From NCBI GenBank assembly GCA_963758635.1, contig CAVWWD010000007.1, forward strand, positions 224,001-288,000: a stretch of DNA of 64,000 nucleotides, given 5' to 3'. Numbering within the stretch: the first letter of the stretch is position 1; each line of letters begins with the position of its first letter. A program made the position numbers and the translations under genes. Positions 1-9,549 of this stretch are shown piece after piece. The notes under the pieces are model-generated. The model did not search any database and was not told the origin of the DNA. It saw only the letters and a list, made by a program, of their open reading frames with translations. Origin of the DNA: an uncultured Candidatus Rokubacteria bacterium. GTDB lineage: Bacteria > Methylomirabilota > Methylomirabilia > Rokubacteriales > CSP1-6.

Positions 1-466
1 GGCGGGCATCGCGGCCATCGCGGTGGGGCTCGCGGTGTCGACGAGCTACGAGCGGCGGGTCGCCGAGCTCTCGCGCGAGGCGACGGCGCTGCGCGACGAG
101 CTCGAGCGACAGCAGGGGCTGGTGGCGATCCTGCGCGATCCGACCACGCAGGTGGTGACGCTGGCCGGCCAGGCGGCGAGCCCGGAGGCCCGCGGCCGCA
201 TGCTCTGGCACGTCAAGGCCGGCGGCCTCCTCGTCAGCGCGGGACTGCCCGCGCCGCCCGCGGGCAAGACGTACCAGCTCTGGGCCATCGCGGACGCCAA
301 GCCGATCCCGGCCGGCGTGTTCTCCGTGGACGCCGCGGGCACGGCGAGCCTCCGCGTGGCGCCGCTGCCGGGCGTGTCGCGCGTGGATGCCTTCGCCGTC
401 ACGCTCGAGCCCGCCGGCGGCCTTCCCGCGCCGTCGGGGCCGATGTACCTGATCGGGAAGTCCTGA
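1..466 (+). CDS. Anti-sigma factor, RskA family (C-terminal part; 5' end outside window)
   Basis: TM tail and coiled coil followed by GKTYQLW...AGVF...FAVTLEPAGG..PSGP, typical of the RskA C-terminal domain. Confidence 0.85.
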   Translation, partial: AGIAAIAVGLAVSTSYERRVAELSREATALRDELERQQGLVAILRDPTTQVVTLAGQAASPEARGRMLWHVKAGGLLVSAGLPAPPAGKTYQLWAIADAKPIPAGVFSVDAAGTASLRVAPLPGVSRVDAFAVTLEPAGGLPAPSGPMYLIGKS

Positions 467-508
467 GCCTCACCCAGCCACGCGGCGGCCGGCGCCGCCG
501 GGAAGCAC

Positions 509-2437
509 CTAGCCCCTTCGGCCGTCCTCGCCTTCGAGCGAGGTGAGAAGGCGGTTGCGCGCCTCGGGCGCCATCGACTCGAGGAGGTGCGCCACGACGA
601 CCGCGGCCTGGTCGGCGACGCATGGAGCCTCGAGCAGAGCGCGCATGGGGATCTCGACGCGGAGGCGCTCGCACACCCTTGCGGCGATGCGCCCGGCGAC
701 CAGCAACGTCCCGCCGAGGTCGAGGAACCCGTCGTTGATCCCCACCTCGTCGGGGTCGAGGTCGAGGGTCTCCGCCCAGATGCCGGCCACCGTCTCCTCC
801 ACCGGCGTGCGGGGCGCGACCCTCCGGCCGGCAAGCGGTGGGCGCGCTCGGCCTGGAGCGGGCAGAGCCCGCCGATCGACCTTTCCGTTCGGGGTGCGCG
901 GGAACGCCGGCATGAACACGAAGGCCGACGGCACGTTGGCCCCGCCCAGGGTTCGCTGCAGGAACTCGCGGAGGTCGCTCACCGGGGGTGGGCCCGGCAT
1001 CCGCGGCACGACGTGCGCGACGAGCCGCTGATCGCCCGGCCGGTCCTCGCGCACGCTGACCACGGCTCCCGAGATGGCGGGATGCTGGAGCAGCGTCATC
1101 TCGACCTCCCGCGTGTCCACGAAGCTACCGCGAAGCTTCACGCGTGCGTCCTTCCGTCCGAGGTGCACGAGGCACCCGTCGGGGAGGAGCTGACCGAGGT
1201 CCCGCGTGAGGCAGATGCGGCGGGCACCGCCGTCAGGGTCGGGCAGGAACACCTGCGCCTCGTGATCGGGGCGGCGCCAGTAGCCCAGAGCGAGGAACTC
1301 GCTGCGGACGGCGATCTCGCCGACCTCGCCGGGCGCCACCGGGCGACGATCCTCGTCGAGCAGCAGGATCTCCTTGTCCGGCAGCGGGTAGCCCACGGGC
1401 GCGGACGACGGCCCGAGCGGTGTCGCCTCGTCGAGGACCACCTCCACCAGGGACCCCGCCTCGCTGGTGCTGAGCCCCGTCACGACCTCCGCCGATGGGA
1501 AGAGCGCACGGCATGCCTGCACGTCGCTCGAGAGGACAGTCTCGCTCTGGAGCCAGACACGGCGGAGCCTGGGAAAGCTCTCCGGCCCGGCCGGCGACGC
1601 CGCGAAGTGACGGAGCACCGACGCCGCGAACCCGCACAAGGTGATGCCCTCGCGCGCGAGCCATGGGAGGAGCGCGTCCACTCGCTCGCCGCGGACGTCG
1701 AACGGAAAGACCGCCCCGCCGGTCAGGAGGGCACCGAAGATCCGACGGAAGGACGCGCCGACCGCCACCGACTGGAGCAGGGCGACACGATCCGCGGGAG
1801 TCATGCGTGCGCGGTTGACGACCAGCCACACCCGGTGCAGGAGTCCCCGGTGGTCCCACATGACGCCTCGAGGCTGGCCGGTGGACCCCGAGGTGTAGGA
1901 GATGCTCGCGAGCGCCCGCGCCGACACATCGACGCCTGGCGACGGCCGCGGATCCGCGAGGTGCAGGACGCCCGCGTCGAGCACCTCGCAGTCCGCGGGG
2001 GCCACTGCCCGTGCGCGCCCGACCTCGGTGCCGTCGGCGACGACGGCGCGGGCGCCCGCGTCCCCCAGGATCGCGGCGAGGCGCTCCGGGGCATGGTGCG
2101 GATCCAGGGCGACGTACGCCTTACCAGCCTTGAGCACCCCGAGGATCGCCCCCAGCACGAGGGCGTCGTGGGGGAAGAGGAGGGCGATGGGCTCCAGGCC
2201 GGGGCCGCGGCTCGCCAGAACGGCGTGGGCCACCGCGTTGGCCAGTCGGTCCATGTCCGCGTAGGTCAGCGAATGGCGCGGCCCCTGCGCGGCGACGCGG
2301 TGGGGGAAGCGCGCGGCCTGTCGCTCGAACAGCGCGCCGATGGGCTCGTCGAGGGCGCTCCTCGGGAACTCCGCGAACGCCACCTCGCCCTCGAGAGCCC
2401 CCGCCGTTCCTCGGTGCGCGCCCCCCTCGGTCGTCAT
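509..2437 (-). CDS. Stand-alone NRPS-like adenylation domain plus carrier (PCP) domain
   Basis: YTSGSTGQPRG (A3), GRKDARVKLRG (A8), PRTPNGKVDR (A10), C-terminal FLDLGGTLL. ATG at 2437 overlaps the Nudix stop (ATGA). Confidence 0.85.
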   Translation of the reverse strand: MTTEGGAHRGTAGALEGEVAFAEFPRSALDEPIGALFERQAARFPHRVAAQGPRHSLTYADMDRLANAVAHAVLASRGPGLEPIALLFPHDALVLGAILGVLKAGKAYVALDPHHAPERLAAILGDAGARAVVADGTEVGRARAVAPADCEVLDAGVLHLADPRPSPGVDVSARALASISYTSGSTGQPRGVMWDHRGLLHRVWLVVNRARMTPADRVALLQSVAVGASFRRIFGALLTGGAVFPFDVRGERVDALLPWLAREGITLCGFAASVLRHFAASPAGPESFPRLRRVWLQSETVLSSDVQACRALFPSAEVVTGLSTSEAGSLVEVVLDEATPLGPSSAPVGYPLPDKEILLLDEDRRPVAPGEVGEIAVRSEFLALGYWRRPDHEAQVFLPDPDGGARRICLTRDLGQLLPDGCLVHLGRKDARVKLRGSFVDTREVEMTLLQHPAISGAVVSVREDRPGDQRLVAHVVPRMPGPPPVSDLREFLQRTLGGANVPSAFVFMPAFPRTPNGKVDRRALPAPGRARPPLAGRRVAPRTPVEETVAGIWAETLDLDPDEVGINDGFLDLGGTLLVAGRIAARVCERLRVEIPMRALLEAPCVADQAAVVVAHLLESMAPEARNRLLTSLEGEDGRRG

Positions 2438-2994
2438 CGCGCGCGCCGGCGCGCGGCGTGCAGCACGGCGATCACCGTCATCGAGTCCTTGATCTCGCCC
2501 TGCTCGACCATGCGGAGGACGTCGGCGAACGGGAAGGCGCGGACCTCGATGAACTCGGTGGCGTCGGGCGGCCGCGCCGCGGGGCGCAGGTCCTCCGCGA
2601 CGTACAGGTGGGCGATCTCGTGCAGGATGCTCTTGGACGTGTGGAAGTCGCAGAGCTTGACGAGCCGGCCCGCCTCGTGACCCGTCTCCTCGGCGAGCTC
2701 GCGCTGGGCCGCCGCCTCGAGCGTCTCGTCGCCGTGCTGGGCGCCGGTGGGCATCTCCCACAGGAAGTCGCGGAAGACGTAGCGGTACTGCCCCACGAGG
2801 AGCACGGTGTCGGCGTCCACGAAGGGCAGCACGCCCACGCAGCCCGCGCACTGGACGACGCCGTAGATGGTGGTCCGGCCGTCGGGGAGCTCCGCGATGT
2901 CCTCGCGCACCTTGATCCAGGCGTTCTCGTACACGGGGCGGCTGGACGTCGTCTTCCACGGCGTGCGGGCCCAGGCGCTCGTGCGCTCGGTCAT
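2434..2994 (-). CDS. Nudix hydrolase (ADP-ribose pyrophosphatase-like)
   Basis: Nudix box GAQHGDETLEAAAQRELAEETG; QYRY...WEMP; AAGGAG RBS upstream. Confidence 0.9.
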   Translation of the reverse strand: MTERTSAWARTPWKTTSSRPVYENAWIKVREDIAELPDGRTTIYGVVQCAGCVGVLPFVDADTVLLVGQYRYVFRDFLWEMPTGAQHGDETLEAAAQRELAEETGHEAGRLVKLCDFHTSKSILHEIAHLYVAEDLRPAARPPDATEFIEVRAFPFADVLRMVEQGEIKDSMTVIAVLHAARRRAR

Positions 2995-3135
2995 GCGGTC
3001 TCCTTGTACCATGCGCCGGGTCCGTCACGAGCGATTGTGCCCCTCGCCCGCCGCGCTATAATCGCTGAACATTCCGATGCGCGAGGTCATGTCCATGTCG
3101 TGGTCCGCCGTGCTCGACCCCTCCGAGGCCTCCCG

Positions 3136-3357
3136 GTGAAGGTCATCCTGCGCTATCCCAAGCGTGAGGTCGACGTGCCCGGGCGGCGTCGCGTGAAGGA
3201 GCTCCTCAAGGAGCTCGACGTGCTGCCCGAGACCGTGCTCGTGATCCGCGGCTCCGAGCTGCTCACCTCCGACTCCGTGGTGGGGGGCGACGACGTCATC
3301 GAGCTGCGCCCCGTGATCTCGGGCGGCGCGCCGGAGCGCGGAGCGGGCCGGCCGTGA
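3136..3357 (+). CDS. ttuB: ThiS/MoaD-like sulfur carrier (TtuB-like) with a C-terminal extension after Gly-Gly
   Basis: 73-aa ubiquitin-fold-like ORF ending IELRPVISGG-APERGAGRP; its stop overlaps the ttuA start (GTGA). Confidence 0.75.
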   Translation: MKVILRYPKREVDVPGRRRVKELLKELDVLPETVLVIRGSELLTSDSVVGGDDVIELRPVISGGAPERGAGRP

Positions 3358-4289
3358 AGTGCCGCAAGTGCGGTGACACCGCGGCGCTCGAGCTCCGGCG
3401 CCACAACGCCGCCTTCTGCACGCCGCACTTCGTCGAGTTCTTCCGCAAGCAGGTGCGCGAGGCGATCCGCCAGCACCGCATGTTCGGCCCCGACGAGCGG
3501 ATCCTGGTCGCGGTGTCGGGCGGCAAGGACTCGCTCGCCCTGTGGGACGTGCTCCTCGAGGAGGGCTACGCCACGGCGGGCCTCTACCTCGACCTCGGCA
3601 TCTTCGACTACTCGGTGGAGTCGCGCGCCCGGTGCGAGGAGTTCGCGGCGGCGCGCGGCCAGAAGCTGATCGTGGAGCGTGTGGAGGAGGCGGTGGGAGC
3701 GCCCATCCCGATCGTGCAGAAGGTGACGCGGCGGCCGACGTGCTCCGCCTGCGGGCTGAGCAAGCGCTACCTGATGAACCGCGCCGCGCTCACCCACGGC
3801 TACGCGGTCGTGGCCACCGGCCACAACCTGGACGACGAGGCGGCCACGCTCTTCGGCTCGGTCATGCACTGGCAGACCGACGCGCTGCCCCGCCAGTCGC
3901 CCATGCTGCCGTCCACCCATCCCAAGCTGGTCCGGCGGGTGAAGCCGCTCTACCGGCTGTCGGAGCGGGAGACCGCGGCCTACGCGTTCCTGCGCGGCAT
4001 CGACTACATCGTGGAGGAGTGCCCGTTCGCGGCGGGGGCCACGTCCATCGCGCACAAGGAAGTGCTGAACCGCCTGGAGGAGGCCTCGCCAGGCGCCAAG
4101 CACAACTTCCTCTTCGGCTTCCTCGAGAAGGCGCGGCCGGCCTTCGAGCGGATGGAATCGGTCACGCTCGTCGAGTGCTCCTCGTGCGGGCAGGTGACCA
4201 CGGGGGAGCTGTGCGCCTTCTGCAAGCTCGCCGACCACGTCCGGCGCTCCACGGCCGGCGTTCCACGTCCTGAACGTCCCAGCGCCTGA
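3354..4289 (+). CDS. ttuA: tRNA thiouridine synthetase, TtuA/Ncs6 (PP-loop) family
   Basis: N-terminal CxxC zinc finger, SGGKDS PP-loop, CSAC, TGHNLDD, C-terminal CxxC..CxxC; adjacent sulfur carrier. Confidence 0.85.
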   Translation: MKCRKCGDTAALELRRHNAAFCTPHFVEFFRKQVREAIRQHRMFGPDERILVAVSGGKDSLALWDVLLEEGYATAGLYLDLGIFDYSVESRARCEEFAAARGQKLIVERVEEAVGAPIPIVQKVTRRPTCSACGLSKRYLMNRAALTHGYAVVATGHNLDDEAATLFGSVMHWQTDALPRQSPMLPSTHPKLVRRVKPLYRLSERETAAYAFLRGIDYIVEECPFAAGATSIAHKEVLNRLEEASPGAKHNFLFGFLEKARPAFERMESVTLVECSSCGQVTTGELCAFCKLADHVRRSTAGVPRPERPSA

Positions 4290-4328
4290 CCGTTTCCTGG
4301 GCGAGACGCATCCAGCGGGAGGAGAGCG

Positions 4329-5479
4329 ATGCACAACGCGGTGATCGTGGGAGCGGTCCGGACGGCGGTGGGACGGAGGAACGGCGCGCTCGCGGGGGTC
4401 CGCCCCGACGACCTGCTGGCCGACACGCTCAAGGCGCTCGTGGAGCGCGTGAAGATCGATCCCGCCGAGGTCGAGGACGTGGTGATCGGCTGCGTGGACC
4501 AGGTGGGCGAGCAGGGGATGAACATCGCGCGCAACGCCGCCCTCATCGCGGGGTTCCCGCTCGAACGTCTGCGGGACCACCCTCGATCGGATGTGCGGGT
4601 CCGGCCAGCAGGCGGCGAACTTCGCGGCGATGGGCGTGATGGCCGGGCAGTACGACTGCGTGATCGCCGGCGGGGTCGAGAGCATGACGCGCGTGCCCAT
4701 GGGCGCCAACGCGCATGGGCCCCGGCGAAGGGCCGCTGTCGCCGCGGCTGCAGGCTCTGTACGACATCGTGCCCCAGGGGCTGTCCGCGGAGCTGATCGC
4801 GGAGCGGTGGGGCCTCAAGCGTGAGGAGCTCGACGAGCTTTCCGCGCAGAGCCACGAGAAGGCCGGCCGGGCCATCGCCGAGGGACGGTTCACGCGGGAG
4901 ATCGTCCCCGTCGCCCTGCCCGCCGGCTCCGTGTTCGACACCGACGAGGGCGTGCGCGTGCCCGTGAACCGGGAGAAGATGGCGGCCCTCGCCCCGTCGT
5001 TCAAGACGGACGGCGTCATCACCGCCGCGAACTCCTCCCAGATCTCGGACGGCGCGGCCGCGCTCCTGATCATGTCCGAGGAGCGCGCGAAGGCGCTCGG
5101 GCTCACGCCGCGGGCGCGGATCGTCGCCACCGCGCTGGCCGGCGTGGATCCCACGATCATGCTCACCGGGCCGATCCCGTCCACGCAGCGCGTGCTCCGG
5201 AAGGCCGGACTCACCCTGGACAAGATGGACCGCGTCGAGATCAACGAGGCCTTCGCGTCCGTCGTCCTGGCCTGGGAGCGAGAGCTCCATCCGGACATGG
5301 CGCGGGTCAACGTCAACGGTGGGGCCATCGCGCTCGGCCATCCGCTCGGGTGCTCGGGCGCGAAGCTGATGACCTCGCTCCTCCACGAGCTCGAGCGGAG
5401 CCGCGGCCGCTACGGGCTCCAGACGATGTGCATCGGCTTCGGGCAGGGCATCGCCACCATCATCGAGCGGCTGGGCTAG
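4329..5479 (+). CDS. Thiolase (acetyl-CoA C-acyltransferase); two apparent frameshifts (~4565, ~4715)
   Basis: [36 protein letters not shown] and CIGFGQG motifs spread over three frames. Confidence 0.9.
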
Positions 5480-7045
5480 GCGACCGGGGTCTCGAGCGCG
5501 GCCGTCGCCATGCCGGCTCCTGGCAGCGTGATCGAGAAGCTCACCTCGCTCCGGCTGTGGCGGACCTCCAGACGCCCGCCCTGCGCCTCGACGATGCGCT
5601 GGCTCACGCACGGCCCCACGTCGATCAGGTTCTCCTGCACCACCTGGATCGGATCGAAGATTGCGCGCAGCTCGTCGGCGCGTACGTCCGCCGTCCGGGA
5701 CGCCACCGTGATGCGCACGCGGTCCTCCTTCTCCAGCCGGGCGATGGAGACGGCCAGCTTGGCGTCCTGCTCCGGCGTCCTCCGCAGCAGGTAAAAGATC
5801 AGATAGGACACCGCCCGCGCGAGCATCGTGCGGTCGCCCCGGACGATGAACGACGTCCCCTCGGCGGAGAACGTGGCGGAGACCTGCTTCTGCGTGGACT
5901 CGTCGGAGAACGCGAGGAGATACGCGTCCTCCCGCGCCCCGAGGGCGGGCTGGGCGCCCAGCTCGGCAAGGCAGTCCTCCACGACCGTGCGGGCGTTGAC
6001 CGACTCGACCTTGTACGGCCCCTCGTTCGCGAGCGCGGTCAGCGTCTCGAACATCTGCACGAGGCGCCGGACGTCCCGGCCCACCACCGACGCGAAGTGA
6101 TGCCGGAACGCGGTGTCGTCGTAGCGCTCCTCGAGGAGCTCCATGAACGTGCGGATCGACACCAGGGGGTTCTTGATCTCGTCGGCGATGCGCGCGACGA
6201 CGCGGGTGAGGAGCTGGAGCTGCTCGGCCTCCCGGCGCTCGCGGGCGACCTGCCGCTGGCTGGTGAGGTCCTCGAAGAGGAGGACGGCGCCGATGGGCGC
6301 CAAGCCGTCGCCGAGCACGGGATAGGTCGAGACCTCGAGCGGCAGGCGGCGCAGGGCGAGATGCACCTCTTCCCGGTTCACCGCGCGGCGCCGGCTGAGG
6401 GCCTCGAAGAGCATGTCCCCGAGCGGCGAGGGGAGCGTGCGGAGGTCCCGATGGAGCACGTCGCGCGCGGCGAGCCCCAGGATCTCCTCGGCGCGGCGGT
6501 TCGCCGTCGGCGGCGAGGCTCACGGACTTCACCACGTGGGGCGCGAGGCCCCGATTCGCCGCCACGACGCGCCACCTGCAGGCCGTGTTGCGGCAAGCGG
6601 CGGAGCAAACTCCACCTGCTTCGGGAGGTGGTGGCGCTGCGCGGCTCACACGCGGCCCTCGGCAGCGGGCGCGTCTTCGCGGAGAGCGCCACGCCTGACG
6701 ACGCCGGCGCCGACAGCCCTGGGCCCCTGGGCCACCTCGTGAAGGAGTTCGCCAAGGCGCTGTCGGCGGGCTTCGACCTCCCTCGCCTCCTCGACCTTTC
6801 CATCGCGGTCTCGCGGCGGCTGTAGGCCCCGCCGGTCACACGCCGCCCCAGCGTGAGGATCGCCACCAGCTCGCCGTGCGACATGAGCGGAACGCCGATC
6901 ACGGCCTGGAGCAGGGCGAGATCGCCCGCCACCTCGCGGGCGCACTCTCGTCGGTGTCCGCCGAGAAGATGGAGCTGCCGTCGAGGCTTCGTGCGAGGCG
7001 GGCCCGCAGCGCCTCGTCGTTGCCGACGAGGAGGACCGTCCTCAC
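5476..7045 (-). pseudogene. REC-GAF-PAS histidine-kinase-like protein (pseudokinase); 5' half rearranged
   Basis: Intact PAS-HisKA-HATPase-like frame 5476-~6510 with ADEIKNPL. GTG at 7045 overlaps the upstream stop and begins MRTVLLVGNDEALR. GAF piece ~6800-6940; inverted piece ~6510-6800. Confidence 0.7.
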
Positions 7046-9477
7046 GCGAAGGTCGACGCCGAGGACGTCACGATCACCGGAAACTCCAGGGTGAACGTGC
7101 TGCCCGGGCGCCCGATGTGGTTCCTGGCCACCAGCGTGGCGCGGTGCGCGTCGGCGATGCTCCGGCAGATGGCGAGGCCGAGACCGGAGCCGCGGGCCTT
7201 GGTCGTCACGAACGGGTTGAAGATGTTAGGCAGGAGGTCTTCCGCGATCCCGGTTCCCGTGTCGGAGACCTCCACGAGCAGTGTGGTTCCCCCTGCGGCG
7301 CAGAGGTCGGCCAGCCGGATGGTGAGCTCGCCCCCGGTTTCCATGGCCTCGAGCGCATTCAAGCACACGTTCAAGAAAAGCTGTTCCAACTGAGATGCAT
7401 CGCCCAGCACGGGCCGAGTCGGCCCGTCCGCGACGTACCGCAGACGCATCTGCCGTTGTTCCATCTGCCCGCGGAGGAGCTCGATGGTGGCCCGAAGCGG
7501 CTCGGCCACATTTACCTCCACGAGCGACCGCGAAGGCGGGGCGGCGAGCGTCCGGAGCCGTCCGAGCAGGTCCTCGATTCGCGAGACCTCACGGTCGGTG
7601 ACGCGCGCCACGTCCTGGCCGAAGCTCGGGTCGCCGACGCGGGAGGGCAGGAGCTGCGTGAACGTCTTGATGGCGACAAGCGGATTGCGGATCTCGTGCA
7701 CGAGACCAGACGCGAGCGCTTCCAGCGCGGCGAGCCGCTCGACACGCCGCTTCTCCCGCTCGAGCTCCTTGAGACGGGAGAGGTCGCTCACGACGGCAAC
7801 CGCGCCCGTGAGGGTGCCGTCCGAGGTCCGGAGCGGCGCCGTCGAGCACATGAGCGGCACGACCTGGCCAGCCGCGTCAGGCAGCGCCATCTCGATCTGC
7901 GAGCGCGACTGCCCGTCGGCGAGGGTGTCCTCGAGCAGCTGCGCCAGCGGTCCGCGCAGGTGGCCGATCGGCTGGCCCCGCAGGCCGTCGGCCGGCGTCC
8001 CCGTCATCACCTCCGCGGCCCGATTGAACAGCCGGATCCGGCCGCGCGCGCTAACTGAGATCACCCCGCTCTCGATCGTGGCGAGGATCTTCTGGATATA
8101 CTCGTTGGCCTCGAGGACCTGCTGGTGCGTCTGCGCATTTCGGATGGCCACCGCCGACTGATTCGCGAGCGTGGTCAACAGGTCCGCGTCGTCGCTGTAG
8201 TACGGATCGCCCGACCGCTTCGGGCCGATGGCAAGCAGCCCGAATACGCGTTCCTCGGCCAGGAGCGCGATCACGACCTCACTGCCCAGCTGTTGCATCT
8301 CGGCAAGGGCAGGCTCGCCTGTCCCGAGCTCGTCGCGGAAGACCGGCTTGCCCTCCCGCGCCGTCGCGGTGACGAGCGCCGTGTCCACCGGCAGGGGGTC
8401 GCGCCACCCGATCGATCTCGCCACGAACGCGCGCCGGAACTCCCCGTCTTCCTCGTCCAGCAGGTAGATGGCATACCCTTCCGGCCGCAGCGTCGTGTCC
8501 ACGACGTGGCCAAGCCGTTCCAGCAGAGCAGGCAGCGCGATCGTCGTGCTCAGCGCTCGGCTCGCCTGGCTGATGGTCTGCTTGTAGTCGTAAGGTTCGC
8601 GGTAGAGGTACCGATCGAACGCACGCTGGATGCGGTCCTTGAGGGGTTGAAACAATAGTGCGACTAGCAATGCCAACAAAATCTCCCGTAGAGAAACCTG
8701 CTGCGTCTCTGATCCGAGGGTATTGGACAGCGCTAGAAGTGCTAGAAGTACTCCCCCAGCAACTACGCAGGCGGCGAGATAGACTGCACCTCGTTTCACT
8801 ACCACGCGCACATCCATGAGGCGATGTCTGATGATCGAATGTGCGACGATGCCTACCATCACGATCGTGAAGCAAGGCCCGTAGTGTCCCAGCGCATAGA
8901 TCTGAAAGAAGAGCGGGAGGAGGAGATTCGTCGTGGTCCCCACAACGATGGGAATACCAAGAGCCCAAAGAAGACGTTTCAGATGGGAGCGGTGCGGCCC
9001 ATCGGCGACACGATATCTCGAATAGAGCAGGCCTATCGCATACGCGAAGCACAACAACACATGAAGTGCGAAGGCCACATAGATTGGGCCTTGTGTGATG
9101 CGCGAACTACCGGTGCTCCGGTCGAGTGACGCGACGACAAGAGGTGTAAGGGAAAGACCAGAGAGAAGGAAGGACACCGGAGTAAGGAGGGCAAGAGATC
9201 GCTGCCCGTGTTCTGAAGGCGAAAATCTGTTCACGAAGAGGACACTGGTCAAAGGGATCAGACCGCCGATCGCCATCGACAGCCGCGCGCCCTCTAGGTG
9301 GAACGGACCATATCGAGACATCGCGACTACAATGGCCCACAGCCCCGTGGTGGTGGCCATCAATGCGAAGGCGAGCGTGCCCTTGCCTTGGGGCCTCTGC
9401 AGAAAGACATAGATTCCTATTGCTAGATTTAGGATTCCAACGCTTACGAGTGATGTAGCGACCGGTCCGAGCTCCAT
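7042..9477 (-). CDS. Sensor histidine kinase: N-terminal multi-TM (HisKA_7TM-like), GAF, PAS, HisKA, HATPase
   Basis: Several hydrophobic helices; GPKRSGDPYYSDD GAF motif; VHEIRNPL H-box; NVCLNA; DTGTG; FVTTKARGSGLGL. Confidence 0.92.
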   Translation of the reverse strand: MELGPVATSLVSVGILNLAIGIYVFLQRPQGKGTLAFALMATTTGLWAIVVAMSRYGPFHLEGARLSMAIGGLIPLTSVLFVNRFSPSEHGQRSLALLTPVSFLLSGLSLTPLVVASLDRSTGSSRITQGPIYVAFALHVLLCFAYAIGLLYSRYRVADGPHRSHLKRLLWALGIPIVVGTTTNLLLPLFFQIYALGHYGPCFTIVMVGIVAHSIIRHRLMDVRVVVKRGAVYLAACVVAGGVLLALLALSNTLGSETQQVSLREILLALLVALLFQPLKDRIQRAFDRYLYREPYDYKQTISQASRALSTTIALPALLERLGHVVDTTLRPEGYAIYLLDEEDGEFRRAFVARSIGWRDPLPVDTALVTATAREGKPVFRDELGTGEPALAEMQQLGSEVVIALLAEERVFGLLAIGPKRSGDPYYSDDADLLTTLANQSAVAIRNAQTHQQVLEANEYIQKILATIESGVISVSARGRIRLFNRAAEVMTGTPADGLRGQPIGHLRGPLAQLLEDTLADGQSRSQIEMALPDAAGQVVPLMCSTAPLRTSDGTLTGAVAVVSDLSRLKELEREKRRVERLAALEALASGLVHEIRNPLVAIKTFTQLLPSRVGDPSFGQDVARVTDREVSRIEDLLGRLRTLAAPPSRSLVEVNVAEPLRATIELLRGQMEQRQMRLRYVADGPTRPVLGDASQLEQLFLNVCLNALEAMETGGELTIRLADLCAAGGTTLLVEVSDTGTGIAEDLLPNIFNPFVTTKARGSGLGLAICRSIADAHRATLVARNHIGRPGSTFTLEFPVIVTSSASTFA

Positions 9478-9549
9478 AGTTCACCCCGCAGAAAGACGTG
9501 GAGACCCCTTCGGGTCTAGTGTTGCGTAACGTAGATCGAGTTAACACTA

